Shown here in pieces: positions 11,715 through 20,776 of a stretch of DNA of 64,000 nucleotides. A program made the translations under genes and the position numbers. Each line of letters starts with the position of its first letter. Position 1 is the first letter of the stretch. The notes beneath the pieces were generated by a model. It ran no database searches. It was given only the letters and a program-made list of their open reading frames with translations, and was not told where the DNA came from. The stretch covers positions 2,560,001 through 2,624,000 of the forward strand of contig OZ243913.1 of assembly GCA_965213705.1 (NCBI GenBank). The letters run 5' to 3'. The stretch is from Trueperaceae bacterium (GTDB lineage: Bacteria > Deinococcota > Deinococci > Deinococcales > Trueperaceae).

Positions 11715-11726
11715 AGGGAGGTATAC

Positions 11727-12713
11727 ATGAATTTGCTCGTTTTAGGCGGTACGCGGTTTGTCGGGCGGCACATCGTCGAAGAAGCGCAGCGGCGCGGCCA
11801 CGAGGTGACGCTGTTCAACCGGGGCACGCATGAAGACGTGTTTCCGGGCCTCGAGCTTTTAACCGGAGACCGCAACGAAGACTTGTCAGCCTTGGCCGGG
11901 TGCAGTTGGGACGCGGTTGTCGACACCTGCGGCTACTTCCCGCGGCAGCTCGAGCTTGCGACCCGAGCGCTTGAAAACAATGTGGCGCACTACGTCTTCA
12001 TCTCGACCATCTCGGTTTACGCCGACCTGTCCACCCCGAACACCAACGAGGACGCGCCGCTCGCTACTGTCGAAGACCCGACGACCGAAGAGGTAAACGG
12101 CGAGACTTACGGCGGGCTCAAAGTTTTGTGTGAAGAGGTCGTCCGCGCGGCTTTCCCGGACCATAACCTCATCCTGCGCCCCGGCATCGTCGCGGGGCCT
12201 TACGACCCGACCGACCGCTTTACCTGTTGGCCGGAGCGCGTCGCTCGAGGCGGAGACATGCTCACCCCCGGTCGCGCCGACGCGCCGCTCCAATTTATCG
12301 ACGCCCGCGACTTGGCGGTTTTTACCCTGGACGGGCTCGAGGCGCGGGCGACAGGCACCTACAACGTGGTCGCCCCGGCGGGAAAATTCAGCTTCGGCGA
12401 ACTGCTCGAGACGAGTCGGCAAGTTAGCGGCAGCGACACGCTTTTGACCTGGGTGGACGACGATTTTTTGAAAGCGCAAGGCTTCGAGAGCGGCGCGACT
12501 GAGTTGCCGTTCTGGTTGCCGCCAGAAGACGACGCCTGGCAGCTGGTTAGCAGCGAAAAAGCCACAGCCGCCGGTCTCAAGACGCGCCCCCTCGCCGACA
12601 CCGTCCGCGACACGCTTCACTGGAGCGAAGCACGCCCCCAGGACACGGGCCGCAAAGCCGGGCTAACGCCCCAACGAGAAGCGGAGCTGTTAAACGCCTG
12701 GCACGCCGCTTGA
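11727..12713 (+). CDS. NAD-dependent epimerase/dehydratase family
   Basis: LGGTRFVG; YGGLK; QFIDARDLA. Confidence 0.88.
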   Translation: MNLLVLGGTRFVGRHIVEEAQRRGHEVTLFNRGTHEDVFPGLELLTGDRNEDLSALAGCSWDAVVDTCGYFPRQLELATRALENNVAHYVFISTISVYADLSTPNTNEDAPLATVEDPTTEEVNGETYGGLKVLCEEVVRAAFPDHNLILRPGIVAGPYDPTDRFTCWPERVARGGDMLTPGRADAPLQFIDARDLAVFTLDGLEARATGTYNVVAPAGKFSFGELLETSRQVSGSDTLLTWVDDDFLKAQGFESGATELPFWLPPEDDAWQLVSSEKATAAGLKTRPLADTVRDTLHWSEARPQDTGRKAGLTPQREAELLNAWHAA

Positions 12714-12720
12714 ACTGCGG

Positions 12721-13797
12721 CTAGGGCGTCCTGAGGTAGCGCTCGATGTCCGCTTCGTGCGCCGCTAGGTCCAGGTTGGGGCGAAACACCCGCTCGCCCG
12801 CGTCGCTGCCGTGTAAAAAGTACAAGTAGTCCTGCCCGTCGGCGTCTTGGCGGACGGGTGTGAGCACGGCCTGCAGCGCGTCCTCGCCGGGGTTGTCGAT
12901 GGGTGTGGCGGGCAGGCCGGGCCGGGTGTACGTGTTCCAGGGCGTGTCCTGTTTGAGGTCGCCCGCGACGGCGTCGAGTTGCGGTAAGTCCTTGCCGAGT
13001 CCGTAGGCCACCGTCGGGTCGCTTTGCAGGAGCATCCCGCGCTCGAGCCGGTTCAAAAAAACACCTGCAATAATCGGCATTTCCGAAGCGTCGGCGGCTT
13101 CGGCCTGGACCATGCTGGCTAAGGTGACCCAGTCGGCGACGGTGAGGTGTTGGGCGGCGAGTGCGTCGGCGTACTTTTCACGTTCGGTCTCGAACCGGGC
13201 CAACATCGTTTCGACGACGGTTTCAGCGTCGCTGCGGACGGGCAACTCGTAGCCTGCGGGGAACAGGTAACCTTCTAAACTCAGGCCCACCGGGACGTAG
13301 TCGGGCCGCAAATTGCCCGGCTCGGTGAACAGTGCCAGCAACGCGGTTTTAGCACCAAAACCCAGCTTCTCCAGACGCACCGCGATGTCCACGAGCCGAA
13401 AGCCCTCGGGAATAACGGCGAACACGGTACGTGGGCGGCCTCCGGTTTGAAGCGTGTCGGCAGTTTCGGCCGCGCTCATGGCCGGGTCGAGCGTGTACAG
13501 TCCTTCGCCTATCGAGCGGTCGAGACTGCGGTAACGCAAGTACAGCCCGAACACGCGCGCGTCGTGGACGAGGCCCGCCTCGCTCAACGCCTGGGCGACG
13601 CGGTTGCCGCCCCAACCCGGCAACACCTCGAACTCGGTCGGGGCGCTCGTGCTCGAGACCGGACCGAGTTGCTGGCGCAACGCCAAAAAACCCGCTCCGA
13701 CAAGCAGGGCGATAAGCAAGAAGCTCCAACCGACAAAGCGTCTGCGACCCGGCCGGCGGGCAGGCGGGACGGCTGTGGACTTGGGTATATCAGCCAC
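12721..13797 (-). CDS. mltG: Endolytic transglycosylase MltG
   Basis: N-terminal TM; IPEG, LEGYLFP, LASMVQAE, LQSDPT, WNTY. Confidence 0.93.
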   Translation of the reverse strand: MADIPKSTAVPPARRPGRRRFVGWSFLLIALLVGAGFLALRQQLGPVSSTSAPTEFEVLPGWGGNRVAQALSEAGLVHDARVFGLYLRYRSLDRSIGEGLYTLDPAMSAAETADTLQTGGRPRTVFAVIPEGFRLVDIAVRLEKLGFGAKTALLALFTEPGNLRPDYVPVGLSLEGYLFPAGYELPVRSDAETVVETMLARFETEREKYADALAAQHLTVADWVTLASMVQAEAADASEMPIIAGVFLNRLERGMLLQSDPTVAYGLGKDLPQLDAVAGDLKQDTPWNTYTRPGLPATPIDNPGEDALQAVLTPVRQDADGQDYLYFLHGSDAGERVFRPNLDLAAHEADIERYLRTP

Positions 13798-13826
13798 GGA
13801 AGCTTCAGTTTACCCTTTATGGCTCG

Positions 13827-14255
13827 TTACGCGTTTGGTACGGTCTTACGAAGATAGGTTTCTAAGATGAGGACGGCCGCGGCCTCGTCGAGCAAGCCTT
13901 TTTCCTGCCGCTTTTTTTTGCGCATACCGCTCGTGACGAGACCGCGGCCGGCAAGCTGGGTCGTATAGCGCTCGTCTTCGAAGACGACGGTAAGACCCGC
14001 CGCTTGCAACGCTGCGGCAAAGTCCCGCACGGCCCGCGTTTGCGCCGAGTCGCCCCCGTCGCTCCGGCGCGGCAAGCCGACGACGACGCGAGATGCGTTC
14101 TCCGCCACCAGCCGCGCCCGCACCGCCGCCACGTCGTTTGTCAAGTTGCTACGGACGATGTAGCCGCGCCCGAAGGCGAACGAAGAACCAAGCTCGCCCC
14201 GCGCCACCCCGATGCGCGCCTCGCCCACGTCGAGCGCGATGACGGCCTCAGCCAT
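13827..14255 (-). CDS. ruvX: RuvX/YqgF pre-16S rRNA nuclease
   Basis: ALDVGEARIGVA, VVGLP, DERYTT, DEAAAVLIL; alaS-ruvX-mltG synteny. Confidence 0.93.
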   Translation of the reverse strand: MAEAVIALDVGEARIGVARGELGSSFAFGRGYIVRSNLTNDVAAVRARLVAENASRVVVGLPRRSDGGDSAQTRAVRDFAAALQAAGLTVVFEDERYTTQLAGRGLVTSGMRKKKRQEKGLLDEAAAVLILETYLRKTVPNA

Positions 14256-15087
14256 TATCCAGCCAGCCCTCGAGCACCGCCGCCACCCCGTCCGCGTCGT
14301 TGCTGCCGGTCACAAAGTCGGCCGCGGCTTTCGCCTCGGGCGCGGCGTTGGCGACGGCCACGCCGTAACCGGCCCAGGCAAGCATCTCCCTATCGTTGTT
14401 CTGGTCGCCGAAGGCCGCCACGTCCGCGGCGCGAAAACCGAACTTCTCGCACAGGTGTTCCAGGGCTTCGCGTTTGTTGACCGAGCGCGCCATCACCTCG
14501 AGCAACTTTTCACTCGTCCAGGTGGCGTAGACGGGCAAGCCGTGAAGGGCTTTCACCAGGGTCGGCGCGCTCAGGCTGGGATGCCGAAACAGCAGCTTGA
14601 CGGCGTCCTCGCCTAGAAAATCGCACACATCGCCGTGCCCGGTGGGAAACGGCAACCCGCGCGCCTCGAGGCCGGCGCGGCGCAGTTCGAACAGGGCGCT
14701 GTCCCAGTACCAGCCCCTGCGGGTCTCGAGGCCCGCCATCACCTCCGGGTGACAAGTCCGCAAGCGTGCGACGGACTCGAAGGCCAGGTCACGGTCCAGA
14801 CTGTGGCGGTACTCGAAGCTGTCGGTCGCGAAGTTCACCACAACCGCGCCGTTGAAGGCCAGGACGAGGTCGGCTATTTCCAACTGTTCCGCCAACACCC
14901 GCACGTGTCGCGGCGGGCGTCCGGTGCAGAGAACCACGCGCACGCCCCGCGCCTTGAGCCCGCGAATCGCCGCCACACTGCGCTCACTCACCTCGCCCTG
15001 AGACGTGAGCAACGTGCCGTCTAGGTCGAGGGCGACGAGCTTGGGCACGGAAGTACCGAGGACCGGGTGAAAAGCTGAGAGTGTCAC
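14248..15087 (-). CDS. Cof-type HAD hydrolase
   Basis: DLDGTLL, TGRP, AFGDQNND. Confidence 0.92.
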   Translation of the reverse strand: MTLSAFHPVLGTSVPKLVALDLDGTLLTSQGEVSERSVAAIRGLKARGVRVVLCTGRPPRHVRVLAEQLEIADLVLAFNGAVVVNFATDSFEYRHSLDRDLAFESVARLRTCHPEVMAGLETRRGWYWDSALFELRRAGLEARGLPFPTGHGDVCDFLGEDAVKLLFRHPSLSAPTLVKALHGLPVYATWTSEKLLEVMARSVNKREALEHLCEKFGFRAADVAAFGDQNNDREMLAWAGYGVAVANAAPEAKAAADFVTGSNDADGVAAVLEGWLDNG

Positions 15088-15146
15088 GAGCTTTTACTCG
15101 CCTACGCCCTCTCCCCTGCTCCCGCTTTTGAACAGGTCCGCCCGCT

Positions 15147-17825
15147 TCACGCGGCGCTCACGCTTGCCAAGATTTCCGGCACGGCGGCCAGCGCTGCCGA
15201 CAGCTTGCCCATGTCCTTTACGCCCGCCTGGGCCATGTCGGGGCGGCCGCCGCCGCCACCGCCCGCTCGAGCGGCGATGTCCCGGACCAGGTTGCCCGCG
15301 TGCGCGCCGCGGGACTGCGCGTCTGCGCTCACTTTGGTGACGAGGAGGTTGCCGCTCGCCACCAGGACGATGTCGGCCTTGGTTTTACCGAGCAGCGTGT
15401 CGGCGGCGTTGCGAAGTGCGCCCGCGTCTAAGCCTTGCAGCGTCGTCGTCACGTACTTGAATCCAGCCGCCTCCTTGACTTCGCTCCCGGCACTCCCAGC
15501 GGTTTGGGCAGCGGCAAGCTTGTCGCGCAGTTGGTCGACCTCGCGTTGGGAGGCTTTCAAGTCTGCTTGAACTTTGTCGACGCGCTCCACCAACTCTTCG
15601 GGTTTCGCGCCGAGTTGTCGGGCGGCGGCCGTCGCCGTGGCCCGTAAATTCTGCAGGTAACCGAGCGCCGCCATACCGGTCAGCGCCTCGACACGCCGCA
15701 CGCCGGCCGACACCGCCTCTTCGGAAACGATTACCAGGCTCCCGATTTCGCCGGTGCGCGTGACGTGGGTGCCGCCGCAGAGTTCAACTGACACGGCGGC
15801 GTTCTGCGGCGCACCCATCGTCACCATGCGCACCCGCTCGCCGTACTTCTCGCCGAAAAGCATCATCGCGCCGCTCGCGCGAGCCTCAGCGATGGGCACA
15901 ACTTTCCAGTTCACCGCGAAATCCGCTTGAATCCAGCGGTTGACGAGGGTTTCAATCTTCTCGACCTCGTCACTCGTCAGCGCTTTACCGTGCGAAAAGT
16001 CGAAACGCAGGCGTTCGGGCGCGACGAGCGAGCCCGCCTGCGCGACGTGGGTGCCGAGCACGCTCCGCAGCGCGGCGTGCAGCAGGTGCGTGGCCGAGTG
16101 GTGTTTCTGCGTCTCGACACGGCTAGGGTCGACCGTGGCCGTCACGCCCTGCCCCGTGGTGAGCGTCCCGCGCACGATGCGAGCCTGGTGGACGAACAGA
16201 CCCTGCGGACTTTTGCTCGTCGCGACGACCACGGCCCCGCCGCCGTCCCAGGCGAGCTTGCCCGCGTCGCCGACCTGGCCGCCGCCCTCGGCGTAAAACG
16301 GGGTTTTGTTGAGGATAACTTGTGCGGTCGCGCCTTCGCTCACCCTTTCGACGCTGTCGTCGTCTTGAACGAGGGCGAGGACGGTCGCCTGCGCGTCGCT
16401 GGCCGCGTAGCCCAGAAACTCGGTTTCACCGTGGCTTTTGGCAATCGCGCCAAGGGTGTCCTTACCGGCGCTGAAAATCGCGCCGCCTTCTTTGTCGCCC
16501 TTGGAGGCTTGCCGGGCGCGCTCTCGAGCCGCCTCGTACCCTTCTCTGTCCACTGTGACGCCGCGCTCCGCCGCCATATCTTGGGTGAGGTCCAACGGAA
16601 AGCCGTGGGTCTGCCACAAGTCGAAAGCGACCTCGCCGCTGAGTTCGTCACCCGTCAAGCCGTCCAAAATCCGGCCCACCCGCACGATGCCGGACTCTAG
16701 TGTCCGCAAAAACTGTTCTTCCTCGGTCTTGACGATGCCCTGCACCCGCTCCTTGGCACCGGCGAGTTCGGGGTAGGCCGCGCCCATCGCTTGAACGACT
16801 TGCTCGACGAGTCGGTACAAAACGGGCTCGCGCAAACCCAGCAGCCAGGCGTGGCGGGCGGCGCGGCGGATGAGCATTTTCAAGACGTAGCCCGCGCCGT
16901 CGTTGGCGGGCAGCACCCCGTCGGCAATCGTGAAGGTGACGGCTCGAGCGTGCTCGGCAATCACGCGGTGCGAGAGGCTTTTTTGACCCTCGTAGGGTTT
17001 TCCGGTGAGTTCGACCAACTTACGAATCGTCGGCTGGAACAGCTCGGTCGCGTAGGCGTCCGGCTTGCCGGTCATCACCGCGGCGAGGCGTTCGAAACCC
17101 AGACCGGTGTCGATGTTTTGTTGCGGCAAGGGCACCAGTTCGCCGCCGTCTTGTCTATCGAACTGCGTAAACACGAGGTTCCAAATCTCGATGAAGCGGT
17201 CGCCCGAGCCGGTGTTCGGACCCGTTTCGTCGTTGGAGCCGAACTCGGGGCCACGGTCGTAAAAAATTTCCGAACAGGGACCGCAGGGACCGTTCGGGCC
17301 CTGGCTGACCGCGTTGGCGGGCCAAAAATTTTCGTCTTCACCCCAGCGCGAAATGCGCGCCTCGGGTATGCCGACATGGTCGCGCCACACCGCATACGCC
17401 TCGTCGTCGTCGTTGTACACGGTGACGTAAAGCCGCTCGGGCGCTAAACCCATCCACTCGTCACTCGTCAAAAATTCCCAGGCCCATTCAGCCGCCTCTT
17501 TTTTAAAATAATCGCCGAACGAGAAGTTGCCCATCATCTCGAAAAACGAGTGGTGCCGCAGGGTGCGCCCCACGTTTTCAATGTCGCCCACACGCAAGCA
17601 CTTCTGCGCCGTGGTGACGCGCGGCCACAGCCCTTCGAAACCCGCAAACTTCGGCGTCGCGCCCAAAAAGTAAGGCTTGAACTGCACCATCCCGGCCGAG
17701 GTAAAGAGCAGCGTTGGGTCTTCGCTTTTTAACGACGCCGACGGGTAGACGAGGTGATTTTTCTGCCGAAAGAACCTGAGGTAACGTTGCCTCAGTTCGT
17801 TGATGTTTTCCTGTGAATCCTGCAT
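15147..17825 (-). CDS. alaS: Alanine--tRNA ligase
   Basis: LLFTSAGMVQFK, HHSFFEMMGNFSFGDYFK, HSATHLLH, ELCGGTHV, GGGGRPDMAQAG. Confidence 0.99.
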   Translation of the reverse strand: MQDSQENINELRQRYLRFFRQKNHLVYPSASLKSEDPTLLFTSAGMVQFKPYFLGATPKFAGFEGLWPRVTTAQKCLRVGDIENVGRTLRHHSFFEMMGNFSFGDYFKKEAAEWAWEFLTSDEWMGLAPERLYVTVYNDDDEAYAVWRDHVGIPEARISRWGEDENFWPANAVSQGPNGPCGPCSEIFYDRGPEFGSNDETGPNTGSGDRFIEIWNLVFTQFDRQDGGELVPLPQQNIDTGLGFERLAAVMTGKPDAYATELFQPTIRKLVELTGKPYEGQKSLSHRVIAEHARAVTFTIADGVLPANDGAGYVLKMLIRRAARHAWLLGLREPVLYRLVEQVVQAMGAAYPELAGAKERVQGIVKTEEEQFLRTLESGIVRVGRILDGLTGDELSGEVAFDLWQTHGFPLDLTQDMAAERGVTVDREGYEAARERARQASKGDKEGGAIFSAGKDTLGAIAKSHGETEFLGYAASDAQATVLALVQDDDSVERVSEGATAQVILNKTPFYAEGGGQVGDAGKLAWDGGGAVVVATSKSPQGLFVHQARIVRGTLTTGQGVTATVDPSRVETQKHHSATHLLHAALRSVLGTHVAQAGSLVAPERLRFDFSHGKALTSDEVEKIETLVNRWIQADFAVNWKVVPIAEARASGAMMLFGEKYGERVRMVTMGAPQNAAVSVELCGGTHVTRTGEIGSLVIVSEEAVSAGVRRVEALTGMAALGYLQNLRATATAAARQLGAKPEELVERVDKVQADLKASQREVDQLRDKLAAAQTAGSAGSEVKEAAGFKYVTTTLQGLDAGALRNAADTLLGKTKADIVLVASGNLLVTKVSADAQSRGAHAGNLVRDIAARAGGGGGGRPDMAQAGVKDMGKLSAALAAVPEILASVSAA

Positions 17826-17887
17826 CTAGTCCTCCTGAAAGCCGAAAGCCAGTTTACCCCGCGCACGCGCTTAAAAACGTTGCAAAC

Positions 17888-17917
17888 AAAAAAGACCGCG
17901 CTGGCAAAGCGGGTCTT
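17888..17917 (-). terminator. Intrinsic terminator in the alaS leader
   Basis: Minus strand AAGACCCGC-TTTGCCA-GCGCGGTCTTTTTT, about 60 nt before the alaS start. Confidence 0.65.
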
Positions 17918-17949
17918 GGGACGGCGGTACTTGTAAAAAATACCGCTTT

Positions 17950-17979
17950 TTAGGCTGCTCGAGGCTGCGGCAACATCAT
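17950..17979 (-). CDS. Putative alaS leader peptide MMLPQPRAA
   Basis: ATG ATG TTG CCG CAG CCT CGA GCA GCC TAA, 6 nt after the -10 TACACT. Confidence 0.5.
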   Translation of the reverse strand: MMLPQPRAA

Positions 17980-17985
17980 CGTGAG

Positions 17986-18015
17986 AGTGTAGCGGACCGA
18001 AGCGGGCTTTGTAAA
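17986..18015 (-). promoter_or_regulatory. Sigma70-type promoter of the alaS leader
   Basis: TTTACA-N18-TACACT. Confidence 0.6.
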
Positions 18016-18060
18016 GGCAGGTGCGGTCAAGCCGCCCGTCTCGAACCCTTCGTTGAATGA

Positions 18061-18192
18061 GAAACGGAAATCGCTACACTACAAACTGAGATTGCGGACC
18101 TCGAGACCGAACTGAACGACGCCGTTTACGAAGTTTGTGGGTTGGACGAGGACGACAGGAAAGTCGTAGAGGGCTTTCTCGAGCGGTTTTGA
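18061..18192 (+). pseudogene. C-terminal remnant of a type IIG restriction-modification enzyme
   Basis: EIATLQTEIADLETELNDAVYEVCGLDEDDRKVVEGFLERF*; no start codon, in-frame TGA at 18058. Confidence 0.55.
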
Positions 18193-18249
18193 GCTGCGTG
18201 TCCGGGTATCTGAGCTACACAAGAACGGTCCAAGCGCTAGAATAAAGAC

Positions 18250-18528
18250 ATGGTTACACTTGATAAAGCCATGGACATGGTGATGGAGCTTTCGCCGGAT
18301 GAGCGGGAACTGCTGTTAGACATTGTGCGACAGCGACAAACCGACGCGAGGCGGGCTGAAATTGCCGGGAACGCGCGGGAAGCTAGGGCGCTGCTCGAGG
18401 CGGGCAAGCTCAAACCCGAGCCTTTGGACGAGGCACTTGTTCGGCTGCACGCTTCTCTCGACGAAACGGATGCACGAGGGAGCTGGTCTTCAGTCCCAAA
18501 TTCGAGCGTGCTTACCGGAGGTTCGTAA
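18250..18528 (+). CDS. Putative antitoxin (stop lost, reads through about 17 extra codons)
   Basis: TAGAAT-N6-ATG; small helical protein upstream of a RelE/YafQ-like toxin. Confidence 0.65.
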   Translation: MVTLDKAMDMVMELSPDERELLLDIVRQRQTDARRAEIAGNAREARALLEAGKLKPEPLDEALVRLHASLDETDARGSWSSVPNSSVLTGGS

Positions 18529-18752
18529 AGCGGGACAAAGGTCTGCGGCGCAAGGTGGACGACGCCCTCGGGCTGATGAAACAAGATGTTTATTCGCCCT
18601 CCTTGCGTACCCACAAACTTTCGGGAGAACTAAGGGGACTTTTTGGATGCTCGTGTGGGTACGACTGCCGCATCGTGTTTTTTCTCGACACGGTAACTGA
18701 CCGAGAGCTTATTGTCCTGGTTGACATCGGCACGCACGACGAAGTGTACTAA
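18474..18752 (+). pseudogene. RelE/YafQ-family toxin with ACG in place of the start codon
   Basis: (T)RELVFSPKFERAYRR...LRTHKLSGEL...GYDCRIVF...LVDIGTHDEVY*. Confidence 0.75.
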
Positions 18753-19318
18753 CGCTGCCCCTCGGAACTTGACAAGCGTGCCGCACTGTCTGCACCGTCC
18801 AACAAAACCACGGCGGTGCTAATCATGCTGCTGTTGGGAACGATTAAACTTTCGTCCGCCTGAGAGCGCAGCCGCGTGTAGCCCAAGTTGATGCTCTCGA
18901 TGGCGGCGGTTTCGGTGGTCCCGGCAACTTGCAGGCGCACCGTGTCGCCCACCCGGTAGGGAAAGTAAAGCAGCAGCGACACCCCTGCGATGAGGTTGGA
19001 CAGCGTGGTCGACGCCGCCAGCCCGAACACCACCGACGCGACGCTGACCCCGGCCAGCAAAAAGGTTCCCAACGCGCGCAGTTCAGGGATGACGTGAAAG
19101 TAGGCGGTGAGCGCGACGACGTAGACGGCCGCCCTCGAGAACTGCACGAAAAACCGGGCGGCGGTGCGGTCGATGAGCCCTTTGCGGTCGCGCCGAAGGG
19201 CTCCCTCGACGAGCAGCCGAACCCCGCGCGCGGCGAGGTAAGCCAGGCCCGCGAAAAGGAGGGCGAAGAGGAGCGCGCGCAAAACCGCGCTCGACTCGAG
19301 CCAGGTCACAAGTTGCAC
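18749..19318 (-). CDS. Small MscS-family mechanosensitive channel
   Basis: TM helices; LSNLIAGV..PYRVGD; IVPNS; TAGACT-N7-GTG. Confidence 0.82.
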   Translation of the reverse strand: MQLVTWLESSAVLRALLFALLFAGLAYLAARGVRLLVEGALRRDRKGLIDRTAARFFVQFSRAAVYVVALTAYFHVIPELRALGTFLLAGVSVASVVFGLAASTTLSNLIAGVSLLLYFPYRVGDTVRLQVAGTTETAAIESINLGYTRLRSQADESLIVPNSSMISTAVVLLDGADSAARLSSSEGQR

Positions 19319-19411
19319 GCCGTCAAGTCTACGCCGCCCGCGCAAGCAGATTCAAAGGGTTGCGGACTACCGAGCGCAGAAAGGTGAGTGGACAAAAGGT
19401 AAAGTGCGGGC

Positions 19412-19870
19412 GTGGACTACATAAGCTACGTGCGTCAGATGGTCGGCCACGCGCCCCTCATCATGGTGGGGGCGGGCGTCGCGGTGTTCGACCCGGCCGG
19501 ACGCCTGCTGTTGCAGCGCCGCGCCGACAGCGGCGAGTGGGCGCTGAGCGGCGGCTTCATGGAGTTGGGCGAGAGCATTGAAGACACGGCTAGGCGGGAG
19601 GTCTTCGAGGAAACGGGCTTGACCCTCACGAACCTGAAGCTGCTCACCGTCTTTTCAAAGCCCGTAAAAACGCTGCCCAACGGCGACCAGGTGCAAGTCG
19701 TCCACGTCATCTACACCTCACAGACGCCCGAAGGCGACTTGAAAACCCAGGCGGAAGAGGTGCTCGAGCTGCGCTACTTCGACTTAGGCGACCTGCCCGA
19801 AGCCGTCTTCGAGCCCCACCGCGCTTTGCTGAAGGAGTTCCGCTCACGTTTTGTCGGCAACCGAGGCTGA
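19412..19870 (+). CDS. NUDIX hydrolase
   Basis: GGFMELGESIEDTARREVFEETG. Confidence 0.92.
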   Translation: MDYISYVRQMVGHAPLIMVGAGVAVFDPAGRLLLQRRADSGEWALSGGFMELGESIEDTARREVFEETGLTLTNLKLLTVFSKPVKTLPNGDQVQVVHVIYTSQTPEGDLKTQAEEVLELRYFDLGDLPEAVFEPHRALLKEFRSRFVGNRG

Positions 19871-19949
19871 AACGCACACAAGTGCCAAAAGGGCTACACT
19901 GAGGGCCACAAAGAACGGCTTAGAAGGAAACTGTGATCAGGAGGCAGCT

Positions 19950-20195
19950 ATGAAACGTGTCGGCGTCCGCGAATTCAAAGACAGAGCGACGGCCTTGATT
20001 GCCGAGGAAAAAGGGTTGGTCATCGAGAAGCACGGCAAACCCGTCGGCTTTTATATTCCCCTCGTCAAAAAGGACAAAGCCAAGGCTAAAGAGGCGGCGG
20101 CAAAGCTCGAGCACACCCTCGCGAGTATCTTGGAGCGCACCGGCATGACACGCGCCGAACTCGAAACCGCTTGGGACGAGGCGGGGTCTGATTAG
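19950..20195 (+). CDS. Phd/YefM-type antitoxin
   Basis: MKRVGVREFKD..VIEKHGKPVG; AGGAGG RBS. Confidence 0.82.
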   Translation: MKRVGVREFKDRATALIAEEKGLVIEKHGKPVGFYIPLVKKDKAKAKEAAAKLEHTLASILERTGMTRAELETAWDEAGSD

Positions 20196-20208
20196 CTCCT
20201 TCCCCGTT

Positions 20209-20637
20209 GTGCTTGACGCGAGTACCGCCGTCGCCGAGGCGTTGCGCCGCCGCGGGCTGACACTCTTTGAAGACGAACGGCTCGAGCTGTACATGAGCGA
20301 GGAAGCGTGGTCGGAAACGCAGCACGAACTCAGCAAACGGGTTGCAAGAATCTCCGAGCGGCGCGGCTTTTCAATTGCCGAGCAAGACGCTTTGCTGAGC
20401 ACGACCAGCGCCGCTTTAAGCGCTTGTTTCTACGTCGTTCCTACCGAAGCCTACACGCCCTTCCAAACCGCCGCGCTCGGGCGGGTTCCACAAGACCCGG
20501 GTGACTGGTCCAGCGTCGCTCTCGCTCTAGCAATTGACGCAGGCGTTTGGACGGAAGACCGTGACTTCTTCGGCTCCGGTCTCACAACCTGGCGTACACC
20601 CGTTTTACAGCACGTTTTAGGTATGGAAGCCGCGTAG
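20209..20637 (+). CDS. PIN-domain toxin (start uncertain, possibly about 20188)
   Basis: VLDAS, E, DPGDW..ALAL, VWTEDRDF. Confidence 0.8.
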   Translation: MLDASTAVAEALRRRGLTLFEDERLELYMSEEAWSETQHELSKRVARISERRGFSIAEQDALLSTTSAALSACFYVVPTEAYTPFQTAALGRVPQDPGDWSSVALALAIDAGVWTEDRDFFGSGLTTWRTPVLQHVLGMEAA

Positions 20638-20776
20638 CTCAACCCAAAAAGAGCAGTAAATTCCAATCTTATTACGAAGGGTTTGCAGCACCTCGGCGAC
20701 GAGGGTCGGGCTCGGGACCTTCGTTCGGTTTCACATCAGCTTTCCACCCGACACGTAGGGCGTAGAATAAACGCTT

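Noticed and set aside
17826..17990. T-box riboswitch upstream of alaS
   Set aside because: The leader is only about 155 nt and lacks the AAGGTGGTACC-type T-box and stem I motifs.
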